Virus record (IMG/VR): IMGVR_UViG_3300005512_000006
Location: 1 to 64,000 of that record
Reading direction: 5' to 3' (one strand)
Length of the DNA stretch: 64,000 bases
Source: a virus
Lineage: Duplodnaviria; Caudoviricetes
Positions 50,611 through 58,669 of the stretch are shown piece by piece. The translations under genes were made by a program, and so were the position numbers. The notes beneath the pieces were generated by a model. The model was not told the DNA's origin, ran no database searches, and saw only the letters and a list, made by a program, of their open reading frames with translations. The stretch's first letter is position 1. The number at the start of each line of letters is the position of its first letter.

Positions 50611-50809
50611 AATGCAATAGTTGTTGAATGCAATAGTTGTTGAATGCAATAGTTGTTGAATGCAATAGTTGTTGAATGCAATAGTTGTTGAATGTAATAG
50701 TTGTTGAATGCAATAGTTGTTGAATGTAATAGTTGTTGAATGCAATAGTTGTTGAATGTAATAGTTGTTGAATGCAATAGTTGTTGAATGTAATAGTTGT
50801 TGAATGCAA
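50611..50809 (+). repeat. 16-bp tandem array AATG(C/T)AATAGTTGTTG, 12 full units plus a partial
   Basis: Counted directly; variant order CCCCCTCTCTCT. Confidence 0.97.
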
Positions 50810-50859
50810 CTAATTTGCGGAATGAGAATCATTCGCAAAAGACCGTTCGTCGGCTCGGG

Positions 50860-50934
50860 CTTGACTTTTGAAATTGGCATGGATATTGCAGGCCCCGCTC
50901 TTATGCAAGAACCGTGCCAATCTCAAAAGTCAAG
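50860..50934. promoter_or_regulatory. Inverted repeat carrying two facing sigma54 (-24/-12) motifs
   Basis: TTGGCATGGATATTGCA (+, 50874) and TTGGCACGGTTCTTGCA (-, 50904-50920); third copy CTGGCATGAAAATTGCT at 51152. Confidence 0.7.
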
Positions 50935-51403
50935 GATTATTTTGGAATAAGCATATAACAAAAAAGACTAAAAAACCTATTGACAGACCCCCGCCCGCTC
51001 GCGTAAAATCTCCCAAGAGGGGTGCGGGTAAAATTTTGGCGCGACCCCTGGTCGCTACCTTTATTATAGCAGCCCGCCCGCCCATTTGTCCAATTGTTTT
51101 TTTCTATCGAAAGGCCCGGACCCATTCAAATAATCAATTGGACAAACAGACCTGGCATGAAAATTGCTTGCGACCATTCGTCGGCTCGGCTTGACCTAGC
51201 TTCCGAAGTATGCTATTTTGGCGCGCGGCGAAGCCGCTATTTCCATTATAACATTTTTTGGTGCCGGGCTGTCAAGCAGTTTTTTTCGATGAAAAGCGCT
51301 TTTATCATCGAAAATTTCAATGATAAAAACCTTGCCTTTCTCGCTCTCGGGGGCCATAATGCTCGGGCAGTAAAGGAAAACGTTTCAATTAAGGAGTTTC
51401 AAT

Positions 51404-51703
51404 ATGGCTAGCAAGTTTGAAGGTGAGGTGATGGCTGCTATGGTAGCAGCTGCGCCCTTGGATATGGCGAAAGCTACGGCTATCGCCGAACAATTCGGGG
51501 AAAAGCCGCGTGCCATTATTGCTGCAGCAGTTCGCGCCGGTATTCAATACGAGCGCGCAGCAAAGCGTAGCAAGGACGGCTCGCCGGTTCAATCGAAGGA
51601 AGATATCGTGCGAGCCATTTCTGACAGGCTAGGCGTTAGCCTTCCCGGCTTGGAAAAGGCTACTAAAGAAAGCCTGGGAGCGCTTTTCAATGCGCTGGGA
51701 TAA
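51404..51703 (+). CDS. A2-like DNA-binding protein (pre-early candidate)
   Basis: AAGGAG RBS; TTGCCT..CATAAT promoter upstream; paralogue of 50019..50315. Confidence 0.78.
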   Translation: MASKFEGEVMAAMVAAAPLDMAKATAIAEQFGEKPRAIIAAAVRAGIQYERAAKRSKDGSPVQSKEDIVRAISDRLGVSLPGLEKATKESLGALFNALG

Positions 51704-51707
51704 CGTT

Positions 51708-51887
51708 ATGGGGTGGGTGGGCGCTTGCGCGCTCGCCCTCGCTCCCTACCATATGCCAGGGGTCAGGGGTTACTGGCTCGCTTGCGTAGGGCTCGCCCTA
51801 CTCACCACGCAAGCAGCCAGGCTCCGGGCTTGGAATTTGGTGGGCCTAAATATTGTTTCCATTGTTGGCTACTGGAGCCTAATATAA
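51708..51887 (+). CDS. Small membrane protein
   Basis: Hydrophobic; WNLVGLNIVSIVGY. Confidence 0.6.
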   Translation: MGWVGACALALAPYHMPGVRGYWLACVGLALLTTQAARLRAWNLVGLNIVSIVGYWSLI

Positions 51888-52330
51888 TGCTTATTTTTGA
51901 TTTAGATGGGACCGTGGTTTGCTCTCGCCATCGCCAGCTGGCGTGCCCCGATGGTTCCCTGGACCTAGACGCATGGCGCGAACATTCCACGCCGGAAAAA
52001 ATTGAGCAGGATTCGCTGCTTCCCCTGGCTCGCCTCATGCGCCATGCTCTCGCCACGGATAAGCAGGTGGCAATATGTACCGCTCGAGTTTTAGGTGATG
52101 CTGACAGGGCATACCTTCGCAAGCATGGCCTAGAAGCGCCAGTAATTCTGGCGCGCAGTGAAGGGGACAATCGTTCGGATGCAGAATTGAAGCGAGAAAA
52201 ACTGCTTTCCTTGGGAGTGGACCTGCGCGGCGTTACGTTCTATGATGACAATCACTCGGTTCTAGCAATGGCCCGAGAGTTGGGCATCAACGCCCTAGAT
52301 GCAACCTTAATAAATGAGGCTTTAAAATGA
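51887..52330 (+). CDS. HAD-family phosphatase (PNK-3'-phosphatase/nucleotidase-like)
   Basis: IFDLDGT, CTAR, D..LK, FYDDN. Confidence 0.82.
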   Translation: MLIFDLDGTVVCSRHRQLACPDGSLDLDAWREHSTPEKIEQDSLLPLARLMRHALATDKQVAICTARVLGDADRAYLRKHGLEAPVILARSEGDNRSDAELKREKLLSLGVDLRGVTFYDDNHSVLAMARELGINALDATLINEALK

Positions 52331-52947
52331 TTATCTGTTTAGTGGATACGGAAACAACCTCGGGGAATACTGTTGCCGATTTCGGAGCAGTAATTGCCGA
52401 TTTAAATTCCGGTGAAGTATTAGATGAAATTGGAACGCTTATATATAATCAGTTTGATAAAATGGAATTATGGTCCAATCCCCATTCTAAGCCTGGCGAG
52501 TTTTGGTCAATTCAAAATGTTAGGGCACGCCGTAAACATTATATGTCACGCATTGAATCCGGTTCGCGTTCTATTGCATCTAATCATTTAATTAATATTT
52601 GGTTATCTAAAAATGTGGGGCGCTATAATCCGGCAGTCACCGCATTTAATATCTCTTTTGATTATCCAAAGTGTATGGCGACAGATATTAATTTAGGATT
52701 ATTCAGAAAGCGTTTTTGTTTGCTTCAAAAGGCTCGCGCTTATTTTAGTAATGACGCGAATTATATTAAATATTGCCATGCTAATAATGCGTTAACTAAA
52801 ACGGGTAAGCCTAAAATGACCGCCGACAATGTAGCGCGCTATATTATAGGCGAACAATTAGAAGCGGAGCCGCATACAGCTTTGGAAGATGCGCGTGATT
52901 ATGAATTACCTATTGCGCAGTTTCTATATAATAAAGGCGCCTTATAA
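52327..52947 (+). CDS. DEDDh 3'-5' exonuclease
   Basis: VDTETT, AFNISFD, HTALEDA. Confidence 0.82.
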   Translation: MIICLVDTETTSGNTVADFGAVIADLNSGEVLDEIGTLIYNQFDKMELWSNPHSKPGEFWSIQNVRARRKHYMSRIESGSRSIASNHLINIWLSKNVGRYNPAVTAFNISFDYPKCMATDINLGLFRKRFCLLQKARAYFSNDANYIKYCHANNALTKTGKPKMTADNVARYIIGEQLEAEPHTALEDARDYELPIAQFLYNKGAL

Positions 52948-53069
52948 GGCGCCTTATAACAGGGTTTAAATATGCTTTATATTATTATGGCTATTATGGT
53001 TTTAATCCCCCTAGGCGCGCTTGTTTACGCAATTATAACTGATCCGATTATTTGGAGAAAATAATGCGC

Positions 53070-53290
53070 CTAATAACTAACGCTTATTATTATAAGTCGC
53101 CCGTTGTAGCATGGCGTTCTTATTATTATAAAGGGCATCTAGTTACATATATAAGGCGTGATTACCGCAAGTAATAACGCGCCCCCGTTATAATATATAA
53201 CGGGGGCTAGTTATATATTATAACGGGGGGCGGTAATGAGACTCATTCTCATTTAGTTGCTCGCCACACACCCACACGTGTAACACGCAA
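53070..53290. other. Candidate genome-terminus / terminal-repeat boundary
   Basis: AT-rich repeats, cccccgttata..taacggggg inverted repeat, Fur-like palindrome; lies between pre-early-like and terS-side genes. Confidence 0.45.
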
Positions 53291-53351
53291 GAAATTCTTC
53301 TTCCAAAAAGGCGCTATAGCCTACAAAACCGAACCCAAGCAAAAACAATCC

Positions 53352-53380
53352 TTGACAACCGCCCCACAACCCCTTATAAT
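53352..53380 (+). promoter_or_regulatory. Perfect sigma70 promoter for the exported-protein operon
   Basis: TTGACA-N17-TATAAT. Confidence 0.88.
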
Positions 53381-53414
53381 TTGATACATGATAGGACCAC
53401 CCCCAAAACAAATT

Positions 53415-53921
53415 ATGAAAAAACTAATTTTACTTCTTCTTCCGATTACCGCTCTCGCACAAGAAGCGCCCATCGTGACGGAGGCCACAACAGATAGTAC
53501 AGTTCGGACAACCGTAGAGAGTCCGCCTCCGTCCGCAATCATTCCGACAATGAACTTCAGTAATTCGGATCTTTGCACAGTCGGAGTGGCAGGCGCAGTC
53601 CAGACACAAATTCTTGGTCTCAGTGCAGGCGCAACTGTACGAGACATGAACTGCGAGCGCCTCAAGAACGCAAAGACGCTCTATGATATGGGTATGAAAG
53701 TTGCCGCCGTCTCTACGATGTGCCAGGATAAGCGTGTGTTCGACGCCATGATGAATGCCGGGACACCCTGCCCCTACGATGGGCTAATCGGTCCAGAGGC
53801 AAAAGCTGCATGGCTCGCACACGAAGAAGAGCAGCCGGAGAAGGAAATTTCAAATGGTAAGAAGACTGCATTTGGTGGTATTGGCATTGCTAGCCTCCTC
53901 GCACTGCTACTCGCAATCTGA
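53415..53921 (+). CDS. Exported Cys-containing protein with C-terminal membrane anchor
   Basis: MKKLILLLLPITALA signal; SPPPSAI.P; four Cys; C-terminal TM. Confidence 0.75.
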   Translation: MKKLILLLLPITALAQEAPIVTEATTDSTVRTTVESPPPSAIIPTMNFSNSDLCTVGVAGAVQTQILGLSAGATVRDMNCERLKNAKTLYDMGMKVAAVSTMCQDKRVFDAMMNAGTPCPYDGLIGPEAKAAWLAHEEEQPEKEISNGKKTAFGGIGIASLLALLLAI

Positions 53922-54636
53922 GGTTTTCGAGAGTACGCCGAATGTCGTCGCGCTCGGCCGAACCTGGAATATGCAGAATGTGCTTCCTCCAGAGACAGGA
54001 CTTGTCGTAAATGGAATCGCCTGGCGTTATGCCGTGAGCAAAAACCCCGCAGACGATTTTCAAGTCAATATTGAGCAGAACTCAGTAGCCGGTTCTCGAC
54101 TATTTACTTTCACAGATAACTGGAATGGATTGCCAGGCAACACAATTACAAGAGGCGCACCTCTGAATATTTTAGGGGAGACTATGGGTGCTGGTGCTTT
54201 GAGCCTACAAGGCCAGGGAACTGTATTCAACGAAAACATCGTCTATACCTATCAGTACGATTCCTGCGCTGAGCCGACTCTTGGATGTCCTAACTATATT
54301 CCTCCAGCGCCTTCGGTAGAGATTCCTTCGGTTGAGTATACTCTGGACGCTCTACGAGATCAGAATCAAGAGGATCTCGAGCGCCGCCAGATGCAGGTAA
54401 AAGAAAGAACAAGAGAAGCGGGGTCGAACGCCGTTGCTCAAGCGGAGCTTGCAGCACAATTTTTTGCACTCGATATTGTTCCAGCGAGCTACTACGTTGC
54501 GATGCCGGGTGGATCAATACAAGACTCTTTTCTTCCTGGGAAGGACATTTCTGATAATAGGCAAGGACGTAGAATGAACTTTGCCCAACAGCGTTTACAT
54601 GATGAAATGGTAAACGCACAGTATGAGGAGAAATAA
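53854..54636 (+). CDS. Exported protein
   Basis: Signal peptide; YTYQYDSC...GCPNY. Confidence 0.7.
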   Translation: MVRRLHLVVLALLASSHCYSQSEVFESTPNVVALGRTWNMQNVLPPETGLVVNGIAWRYAVSKNPADDFQVNIEQNSVAGSRLFTFTDNWNGLPGNTITRGAPLNILGETMGAGALSLQGQGTVFNENIVYTYQYDSCAEPTLGCPNYIPPAPSVEIPSVEYTLDALRDQNQEDLERRQMQVKERTREAGSNAVAQAELAAQFFALDIVPASYYVAMPGGSIQDSFLPGKDISDNRQGRRMNFAQQRLHDEMVNAQYEEK

Positions 54637-55128
54637 ATGAAAAAGTTGGCTTTGGCAATCGCTTTCTTGGCGGGGCCTGTGCTAGCGGAAGACACCCCCA
54701 TTATGGGAACGGTTGCTTCCAAGTGTGTAATTGTAACAGATACTCCCGGCGTGTATGGCAACCCGACTCCGAGTCGCTTGAGCACTGCTGCGGCAGACGG
54801 AGGTGTGGAGCCGGTGATTCGGTTTGATGTAATCAGTGCGAACTTCTACAAGGCTGTGATTTCCACACCCGAAGTGTTTTCTTCCAGCCCCGCGTTGAGT
54901 GACGTTGTAAACTGGACGGGGTCGGTGAGCGTTGCAGAAGTTACAGATCCTCTTCAGGCGGACTATGACACGAATAAGCGTACATACAACAATGTGTCAG
55001 AATTTGATCTCACAGTAGCAGGTACAGTATGGTTTGGAGTAAGTTCACAAGCAGACTATGGTGCGGACAAGGCGTTTCCTGGAGGCGAATATACCTCCGT
55101 GGTAAATGCGGAGTGTGTTGCGCTTTAA
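54637..55128 (+). CDS. Pilin/fimbrial-subunit-like exported protein
   Basis: Signal ending VLA; I.GTV..KC.I; FPGGEYTSVVNAEC terminal strand. Confidence 0.6.
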   Translation: MKKLALAIAFLAGPVLAEDTPIMGTVASKCVIVTDTPGVYGNPTPSRLSTAAADGGVEPVIRFDVISANFYKAVISTPEVFSSSPALSDVVNWTGSVSVAEVTDPLQADYDTNKRTYNNVSEFDLTVAGTVWFGVSSQADYGADKAFPGGEYTSVVNAECVAL

Positions 55129-55466
55129 TCGCATCGAGTGCTAGCGCACATCAGTTTACTCCTACCTATCCGCAGCTTTTGCCCTCTTACATGCCGGGCA
55201 TACTGCAAACTCGTATGGAGCTGTTTAACAGTCGACGAGAGATTGAATACTACCAGTTTGATGTTTATGACGCAGACTGGCTTCCAGTACCTTTTGCAAC
55301 AGCAGAACGAATTGTAAAAATACCGCATCTAGGTCGACGTAAGATTGACATTTATATAAGAGAGATTGACTCGACGCGTGTAATGTATATTTGCTCAATG
55401 TCCAAGATTCTGCGCGGGGTAAAAGGTACTGTAATTTCTTCTAAAATTTGTTCCAAGGTAAAATGA
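55029..55466 (+). CDS. Pilus-chaperone-like (Ig-fold) exported protein; start uncertain
   Basis: ASA/HQFTPTY; MELFN.R...YQFDVYD; YICS..ICSK. Confidence 0.55.
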   Translation: MVWSKFTSRLWCGQGVSWRRIYLRGKCGVCCALIASSASAHQFTPTYPQLLPSYMPGILQTRMELFNSRREIEYYQFDVYDADWLPVPFATAERIVKIPHLGRRKIDIYIREIDSTRVMYICSMSKILRGVKGTVISSKICSKVK

Positions 55467-55870
55467 AAAGATTAATACTTTTTTTGCTACCTTTGAGCGT
55501 ATTTGCACAGACAAGTTCTTTGAACCTTGCAATTCCTCAGACTCAGCAAAGTTTTCAAACAGATAGATTTCGAGCGGGCGACTTAGATTGCTCTAGTGCC
55601 ATTGGGTCCGCGACGAATGTTGAGTTTGGAGTAGTGGGTATTATTAATCAGGGAAATCAACTTGGAAACACTTTTGTGGATCCTGTAATTACAAATGACC
55701 AGATGAAAGATGTGGGTGTGTACGGCAAGATAACGATACCGATTGGAGCACCCGCAGAGAGATTAAATTGTAATACTCTTTACCAGTTAGAGCTGGAAAG
55801 ACGACGATTGGAGGTGCAGAAGTTGAGAGCGGAAATAAACGCCCTCAATAACCTCAAGTTTGAGAACTAA
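55463..55870 (+). CDS. Exported protein with C-terminal coiled coil
   Basis: Signal ending VFA; DRFRAGDLDCS; GVYGKITIPIG; LNCNTLYQLEL. Confidence 0.7.
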   Translation: MKRLILFLLPLSVFAQTSSLNLAIPQTQQSFQTDRFRAGDLDCSSAIGSATNVEFGVVGIINQGNQLGNTFVDPVITNDQMKDVGVYGKITIPIGAPAERLNCNTLYQLELERRRLEVQKLRAEINALNNLKFEN

Positions 55871-55872
55871 AT

Positions 55873-56412
55873 ATGGCTGATCTGGGGGACGGAGTAGAGA
55901 AAGTCGAAGAAGAGATTGAAAATCTCAAAAACACAAAATTTACAGTGGCAGGTATTTCGATGACGCCTACCACGATTGGAGCAGCATTTGCACTTCTTGG
56001 CTCTCTGCTAGGAACACTTTACGCAGGTTTCGAGTCCTATAAGGCTTTTCAGGAAATGGCAGAAAAGCTAGAGGTACTTGACATCGAAGCTGTAGAAGCT
56101 CGCAATGTTGCAATTGAGCGTAAACTTGATGATGCAATTGATTATACAAGAGATATTAAGAATAGTCTCAGAGACGACATTCTTCGAGTAGAAAGAGTGA
56201 CAGAAGATACAAGCAAGCGAATGAAAGATGTACAAGACGAGATTGATTCTCGACTACGACAAGTATCTGACCTTTCTCGAGAGTCAGAAAAAGATGTTAG
56301 AAATACAATGCGAGAAGTAGAAGATCGTATTGATATGAAGATGCAAAAGCTAGACGAAGATTTAAGAGATACCCTACAAAAAGCGCTGGATAATCCTTTG
56401 TCAGATGGCTAA
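55873..56412 (+). CDS. Single-TM coiled-coil protein
   Basis: TM then heptads; ends ALDNPL. Confidence 0.75.
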   Translation: MADLGDGVEKVEEEIENLKNTKFTVAGISMTPTTIGAAFALLGSLLGTLYAGFESYKAFQEMAEKLEVLDIEAVEARNVAIERKLDDAIDYTRDIKNSLRDDILRVERVTEDTSKRMKDVQDEIDSRLRQVSDLSRESEKDVRNTMREVEDRIDMKMQKLDEDLRDTLQKALDNPLSDG

Positions 56413-56602
56413 GTATTTAATTATATTTCTTCTCGGCGGGTGTGCTTCGACTTCAATAGTGGAAGAAGCACAACTCGCTCAAGTTCGTCATTTACGGGAA
56501 CAGTGCATGAATTCTTTTAGCAATCGTGCTGTTCCCTCACCAATGATAAGAGTATCTGCCATTCATCAGTGTAATGCGTGGGCAAGAGCAAAAGTATTAT
56601 AG
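56405..56602 (+). CDS. Small lipoprotein
   Basis: Lipobox LGGC. Confidence 0.6.
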   Translation: MAKYLIIFLLGGCASTSIVEEAQLAQVRHLREQCMNSFSNRAVPSPMIRVSAIHQCNAWARAKVL

Positions 56603-56703
56603 TTCGGCCGAAGGTTCTAAAAAATATCACTTGACCTAGGCCACACAACAGATTACAATATACAACATAACCGAATTTTAATTCGATTTTTTGGAGATAA
56701 GAA

Positions 56704-57012
56704 ATGGAAGTTACCTGGAGCATCGCTCAGCTTGAAAGAAATACCGCAGACGGTGGAGTCACCGTAGCCCATTGGCGTGTAGACGCAACAGAAACTGTAG
56801 GCGAAGATAAGTTTTATGCTTCTTCCTACGGTACCTGTGGATTCACTCCCGATGCAGATGCTGATGGCTTTGTTGCTTTTGAAAGCCTTACTGAAAGTGA
56901 TGTTCTCGACTGGTGCTTCCAGACCATTGACAAAGAAGCAACAGAGACCTCTCTCGCCGCACAAATCGAAGAGCAAAAAGCTCCCAAGACTGCAACAGGT
57001 CTGCCCTGGTAA
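56704..57012 (+). CDS. Fibre-associated GxPW-family protein, orphan copy
   Basis: Homologous to 3564..3911; GGAG RBS; promoter at about 56631. Confidence 0.75.
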   Translation: MEVTWSIAQLERNTADGGVTVAHWRVDATETVGEDKFYASSYGTCGFTPDADADGFVAFESLTESDVLDWCFQTIDKEATETSLAAQIEEQKAPKTATGLPW

Positions 57013-57467
57013 TGAATAAACTCCCGACGATCTCTCCAGAAGGTCTCGAGCTGGCCAACGCTTATCTGTCGTTTGGATCGCTAAAAGAGGCGGCGTCCTC
57101 TCTGGCGATCTCTCCAGATAAGGCTGCTGAGATTCTTGATCGTCGAGAAGTGCGTTCTTATATTGATCAAGTTTATCTTGACCTAGGCTATCGCAATCGT
57201 TTTCGTTTAGGTAGCCTTCTGGATGAGATTATTGAGAAAAAGTTTGAAGAAGCGCAAGAATCGGATATGTATACCAGCAAAGACCTTGTGGACCTCATTC
57301 AACTTGCGCACAAGATGAGAATGGATGAGCTAAAGGCTCAGCAACAGCAAACAACGATTAAAAATCAGACAAATGTCCAGATAAATGAAACTCCATTTGG
57401 GCAAGGCAACTACGGCAAACTTATGACAAAATTGCTGGGTGGTATAGATGAATCAAGTAATAAATAA
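57012..57467 (+). CDS. terS: Terminase small subunit, T5-like
   Basis: [34 protein letters not shown]. Confidence 0.85.
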   Translation: MNKLPTISPEGLELANAYLSFGSLKEAASSLAISPDKAAEILDRREVRSYIDQVYLDLGYRNRFRLGSLLDEIIEKKFEEAQESDMYTSKDLVDLIQLAHKMRMDELKAQQQQTTIKNQTNVQINETPFGQGNYGKLMTKLLGGIDESSNK

Positions 57468-58083
57468 TATTTTAACCTGTCTAAGCCGTTCTGGAAAAGA
57501 GGTTGTAAAAAGAAAACGCGGAAAGAGCCCCGAAGTCACTTTATACGAGTTAGTTTCTTTGTACTTAAACGAAGGGGATATTGAAAGTATATCAAAAAAG
57601 CTGTATGTTAATAAAGACACAGTTTCAAGAATAACTAACAAAACTTTCCCCGATGCAAACAAAGAAAAAGGAAAAAGCTGGAAAACTTATTTTTTAGACT
57701 TGAGCGATTTCAAATATTGTGGAAGCTGTAATAAATACAAAGAAAACAACGCTTTCGGTAACTGGAGCTCTACGTCTAACGGTCTTAGTATTTGGTGCTC
57801 TAAGTGCGACAATGAAAGGTCAAAAAAGTACTATAAAAGACATCCAGAAGTATCAAAACACCATGCGTCAAAAAGAAAAGCAATCTTGTTGAATAGAATG
57901 GTGATTCCTTCTCAAGAAGAACAAATACGTCTCTTTTACGCTAACTGCCCGAAGGGACACCATGTAGACCACATCGTTCCGCTACAGAACCCTCTAGTGA
58001 GCGGTCTTCATGTTTTGAGTAACTTACAATACCTTCCCGCCAAGGAAAATTTGGCTAAGAGCAACAAGTTTGTTGTAGGGTAA
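57448..58083 (+). CDS. Free-standing HNH endonuclease
   Basis: [26 protein letters not shown]. Confidence 0.85.
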   Translation: MNQVINNILTCLSRSGKEVVKRKRGKSPEVTLYELVSLYLNEGDIESISKKLYVNKDTVSRITNKTFPDANKEKGKSWKTYFLDLSDFKYCGSCNKYKENNAFGNWSSTSNGLSIWCSKCDNERSKKYYKRHPEVSKHHASKRKAILLNRMVIPSQEEQIRLFYANCPKGHHVDHIVPLQNPLVSGLHVLSNLQYLPAKENLAKSNKFVVG

Positions 58084-58090
58084 TTACTTC

Positions 58091-58294
58091 ATGGAGAAAC
58101 TAAGTCTTAGCCTACTTCTGGGCTTTACTCTTGAGTTTGCTGCTGTAATTTGGTGGGCTTCTGCACTTTCCGAAAAAGTAGAGGCTCATGAAGAAGCTCT
58201 CAACAAGCAAGAAGTAATGCTTGAAAAAGTAAACCAGCTTCAAGTCGATGTTGCTAGAGTTCATGCACAACTCGAAATACTGGTGAAACAATGA
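58091..58294 (+). CDS. Small TM/coiled-coil protein
   Basis: VIWWAS then a coiled coil. Confidence 0.65.
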   Translation: MEKLSLSLLLGFTLEFAAVIWWASALSEKVEAHEEALNKQEVMLEKVNQLQVDVARVHAQLEILVKQ

Positions 58295-58596
58295 TTTATC
58301 GTAGAGGATACTGGCGCGTTCGCACTGACCGCCTATATAGATTTCCTACAAAGAAAGAGGCTGAAGCCTTTTTAGGAGAATACAATGGCAACACGAACAG
58401 GCGGAGTTCTGACGGGGGTTCCTCGTCCGCACGTCTCTCTGAAACTACCGAAGCACACGCAGGGTCGGGGCCTCTCTCGGGAGATGAACCGAGCAGCGGG
58501 GACGCAAGTGACCTCAGTGGCCTCGACGGGCTCGACAGCAGTGCGTCGGAACACTCGGACGACGAAAGCAGCGACCCCCCGGACCGGCAGCTTTAA
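58291..58596 (+). CDS. Hypothetical protein with an acidic tail overlapping the next gene
   Basis: ATGA coupling to the upstream gene. Confidence 0.5.
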   Translation: MIYRRGYWRVRTDRLYRFPTKKEAEAFLGEYNGNTNRRSSDGGSSSARLSETTEAHAGSGPLSGDEPSSGDASDLSGLDGLDSSASEHSDDESSDPPDRQL

Positions 58597-58669
58597 AACT
58601 TCTGTACGGGGCATCGGTGCTGCACCTGCTCGCCGTCGCCGTCGTACTCGGATGGTTCGGAGAGGCTAA
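58385..58669 (+). CDS. Arg/Thr-rich basic protein
   Basis: AGGAG RBS; RRRRR tail. Confidence 0.7.
   Translation: MATRTGGVLTGVPRPHVSLKLPKHTQGRGLSREMNRAAGTQVTSVASTGSTAVRRNTRTTKAATPRTGSFKTSVRGIGAAPARRRRRTRMVRRG

Noticed and set aside
50611-50809. CRISPR array
   Set aside because: Units abut with no unique spacers, and no cas genes are present
50528-50880. Three repetitive ORFs (STTIAFNNYCIQQLLH)
   Set aside because: Artefacts of a stop-free 16-bp repeat; no RBS
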